Source: Promethearchaeota archaeon (GTDB taxonomy: Archaea > Asgardarchaeota > Lokiarchaeia > Sigyniarchaeales > SOKP01). From it: 18,653 bases of DNA. The stretch is taken from the NCBI GenBank assembly GCA_048941015.1, contig JBHLNZ010000048.1, positions 1 through 18,653 of the forward strand, given 5' to 3'. The position numbers and the translations under genes are program-made. The notes beneath the pieces were generated by a model. That model saw only the letters and a list, made by a program, of their open reading frames with translations, ran no database searches and had not been told where the DNA came from. Positions 16,334 through 18,653 of this stretch are shown one piece after another; the first letter of the stretch is position 1; every line of letters begins with the position of its first letter.

Positions 16334-17026
16334 GTGATAGATATGGTGGATGTAAAGGAGTGGAGGAAAATTGCGTTTCTATTTATAATAATTGGTCCTT
16401 TCCAATATATTATCTTTACAGCTATAGCGATGGGCTTTTATACAGGGGGAACCTTTATTAATCCATATACCATTGGATATGCTTTCTGGCAAAATTTTTT
16501 TAGCGATCTTGGTCGAACTATCGCGCTTTCAGGAAAAGAAAATGTAATATCGTTTTTGATATTCACCATATCGGCGTTTATATTAACGTGTTCTCTGGTA
16601 TTCTTTATTATCGCAATGCCCATCTTTTTCAAGTCGGATAATCTAGAATTCAACCTCGCACGGATTAATATCATAATTGGAAGTACTGCAGGGTTTTTCA
16701 TGTTCTGTGTTATTTTTACACCGTGGAATCTCTTTCCTACAGTTCATTTGACCTTTTCAAAATTATTTTCTTTTACCAGCTTATTTGTCCTAATCTTATT
16801 TTCGGTTTTGATAATAAAAAATGAGAATTATCCGAATATTTATGGATATATATATTTACTTATCATTTCATTAGCTTTAATTTATTCATTGATTGCGACA
16901 TTTGGTCCCAGTATAACAACTTCAAATGGATTAATCTTACAAGCAAGCGCACAAAAAGTATCTCAATATTCATGGCTCATTTGCTTTATAATTCAAGGTT
17001 ATGGATCTTTTAAACTTGTTCATTAA
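16334..17026 (+). CDS. DUF998-like membrane protein; likely true start ATG 16343
   Basis: AMGFYTGG...GYAFWQNFFSDLGR motif and about 6 TM helices. Confidence 0.75.
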   Translation: MIDMVDVKEWRKIAFLFIIIGPFQYIIFTAIAMGFYTGGTFINPYTIGYAFWQNFFSDLGRTIALSGKENVISFLIFTISAFILTCSLVFFIIAMPIFFKSDNLEFNLARINIIIGSTAGFFMFCVIFTPWNLFPTVHLTFSKLFSFTSLFVLILFSVLIIKNENYPNIYGYIYLLIISLALIYSLIATFGPSITTSNGLILQASAQKVSQYSWLICFIIQGYGSFKLVH

Positions 17027-17145
17027 TCATTTTAAATTCAATATTCATTTTCATTTTATTTATTTCGTTTTAATATGAAATCACTTGATCAGCTTTTTAT
17101 TGATTATCAAATTATGAAAAGTAGATTTTAAAAAAAAATCTAAAA

Positions 17146-18189
17146 ATGATTGAAAAAATTCTTGTTTTTGGAGGAAAAGGAGGAGTTGGTAAGAGCTCAA
17201 TTAGTGCTGCAACAGCTTTAAAACTTTCAGAGCTACTTCCTGATAAAAAAATACTATTAATTTCATTTGATATAGCACACAATATTTCAGATCTGTTTTC
17301 ATATGAGATAGGGAGCAATATTTCAAAATTAACTAATAATTTATGGGCGATAGAGCCAGATCCTAATATATATGCTGAACAATATACTAATGACTTAATT
17401 ACGAAAATGAAGGCTCTAATGAAACAAATGCCTATAGTGGGAATGCTTCCTCAAGTTGAAAAGTATATTGATACAACATTTACCGCAGATGCAATACCCT
17501 TAGCTCTAAAAAATGCCATGTTTTTCCAGAAATTACTAGATGCTGAAGATATTAATTCTCAAGAGATTCAATTTGATATAATAGTTGCTGATTTTCCTCC
17601 TACAGGTAATATGGTAGCACTTTTCGAGATACCCGAGGATCAAGTAAAAGTTATGCTTAAATATTCATTAAATTTCTACAATTCAATTAAAGGAGCTATT
17701 AGAAATTTTTCGAAGGTTTTTAGGCAAATTATAAAACCTTTTGATGATCATAGTTATGAAGCAAGAAGAGAGTTAGGGAAAGAAATTTTTAATATGATTC
17801 TTGAGTTAGAAAAGCGCGGTGAAAGAATAACTGAATTGATTCATAATGTTGGTTCTCTAAGATTAGTAACCATTGCTGAAAAGCCTAGTTTCGAAGAAAT
17901 TAAAAGAGCCCGAGAATTAACTCAAAAATATATTCAACTTGATGGTATACATATAAATATGCTAATTCCCAAAAAGCATGCTAAAAAATGTAAATTTTGT
18001 GGTCAGATCTCTACTATTCAAAAAAGATACTTGGTAAATATAAAAAAAGAGTTTAAAAATTTTAAAATCTGGGAGTCTGATAGGCTAAAGGAAGAACCTA
18101 TTGGATTACAAGGATTAAAAAAATTAGCTAAGGAAATATACAAGGATGCAGATCTTAATGAAATATTATCACCAAATCATCGGCGTTAA
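17146..18189 (+). CDS. ArsA/GET3-family ATPase (single domain)
   Basis: GGKGGVGKSS deviant Walker A, SFDIAHNISDLF switch I, DFPPTG switch II, and C-terminal CKFC. Confidence 0.88.
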   Translation: MIEKILVFGGKGGVGKSSISAATALKLSELLPDKKILLISFDIAHNISDLFSYEIGSNISKLTNNLWAIEPDPNIYAEQYTNDLITKMKALMKQMPIVGMLPQVEKYIDTTFTADAIPLALKNAMFFQKLLDAEDINSQEIQFDIIVADFPPTGNMVALFEIPEDQVKVMLKYSLNFYNSIKGAIRNFSKVFRQIIKPFDDHSYEARRELGKEIFNMILELEKRGERITELIHNVGSLRLVTIAEKPSFEEIKRARELTQKYIQLDGIHINMLIPKKHAKKCKFCGQISTIQKRYLVNIKKEFKNFKIWESDRLKEEPIGLQGLKKLAKEIYKDADLNEILSPNHRR

Positions 18190-18380
18190 GCCAATGGTTT
18201 ATTAATTATTCTTATAGTTCTTTTAATTCCTCTTCTTTTAATTTAGAAAGTCAGTTTTGTTCGATCGTAAGATTTAATAGCAAATAAAATCAACTTTTAT
18301 GTTATAACTGAAATTTGAAATCTTTCAATATTGAATTTTTAATAATTAATCTTAACAAAATTAATAATCTAGGGTTTGAA

Positions 18381-18545
18381 ATGGGTGATGAGAAAGCGAA
18401 ACCTGCGAAGGAGCTTTCTAAGGAACTTAAGTTTCGAATAAGTAAAAAGCCACTAATAGTTGGAGGAATTATAGCTACTATCGCAATAGCAGGAATCGTT
18501 ACTGGTATTTATTTCTGGAGCAAACTACTGCCAACCAGACACTAA
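18381..18545 (+). CDS. Small single-TM (tail-anchored-like) protein, 54 aa
   Basis: ATG 18381 follows AGGGTTTGA. A basic N-terminus precedes the TM LIVGGIIATIAIAGIVTGIYFW and an 8-residue tail. The tracked TTG start at 18315 is less likely. Confidence 0.6.
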   Translation: MGDEKAKPAKELSKELKFRISKKPLIVGGIIATIAIAGIVTGIYFWSKLLPTRH

Positions 18546-18577
18546 AAGGGTAAGAAGAATAGGAAAAAATAGATAAA

Positions 18578-18653
18578 TTATATAGCAGAAATTTCAATCT
18601 CACAGTAAGGATCTCCCAAAGGAATTTTCTTCTTAAATTTTAAAATAAACTCT
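18578..18653 (-). CDS. C-terminal fragment of a gene entering from the right edge
   Basis: ...EFILKFKKKIPLGDPYCEIEISAI*; the GDxxCE ending resembles V4R/ATC-hydrolase-like folds. Confidence 0.45.
   Translation of the reverse strand, partial: EFILKFKKKIPLGDPYCEIEISAI

Noticed and set aside
16438-16701. 87-aa minus-strand ORF
   Set aside because: Antisense to the DUF998-like gene.
17112-17318. 68-aa minus-strand ORF
   Set aside because: Antisense shadow of the ATPase P-loop region.

Overview
AT-rich archaeal chromosomal window, most consistent with an Asgard (Lokiarchaeia-like) genome; this is an inference from gene content and protein style. It contains a partial GPH-family MFS transporter, a Zn-dependent dehydrogenase, two hypotheticals, a tRNA-Phe(GAA) with two non-canonical introns, and a radical SAM + AlkD-like DNA-repair pair. 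A non-coding stretch holds two look-alike stem-closed elements, followed by an ATC-hydrolase-like gene bracketed by halves of a palindrome beside tRNA-Gly(TCC). Next come the conserved translation cluster (nep1, rnp4, yhbY / rps19e, PDCD5, rpl39e, rpl31e, eIF6, rpl18a, pfdA, ftsY, secE), OsmC, dnaG, two membrane proteins and an ArsA/GET3 ATPase. Top finding: dnaG is interrupted in its conserved GAIFGQ|TEGLL motif by a 38-nt insertion (14774-14811) that folds into a bulge-helix-bulge-like splice motif. The predicted cuts restore the frame exactly, making it a candidate tRNA-endonuclease-spliced mRNA intron, with a second, non-productive 3' site. Second finding: two tandem candidate sRNA genes with constant closing stems and variable loops that read as antisense to translation-start regions.
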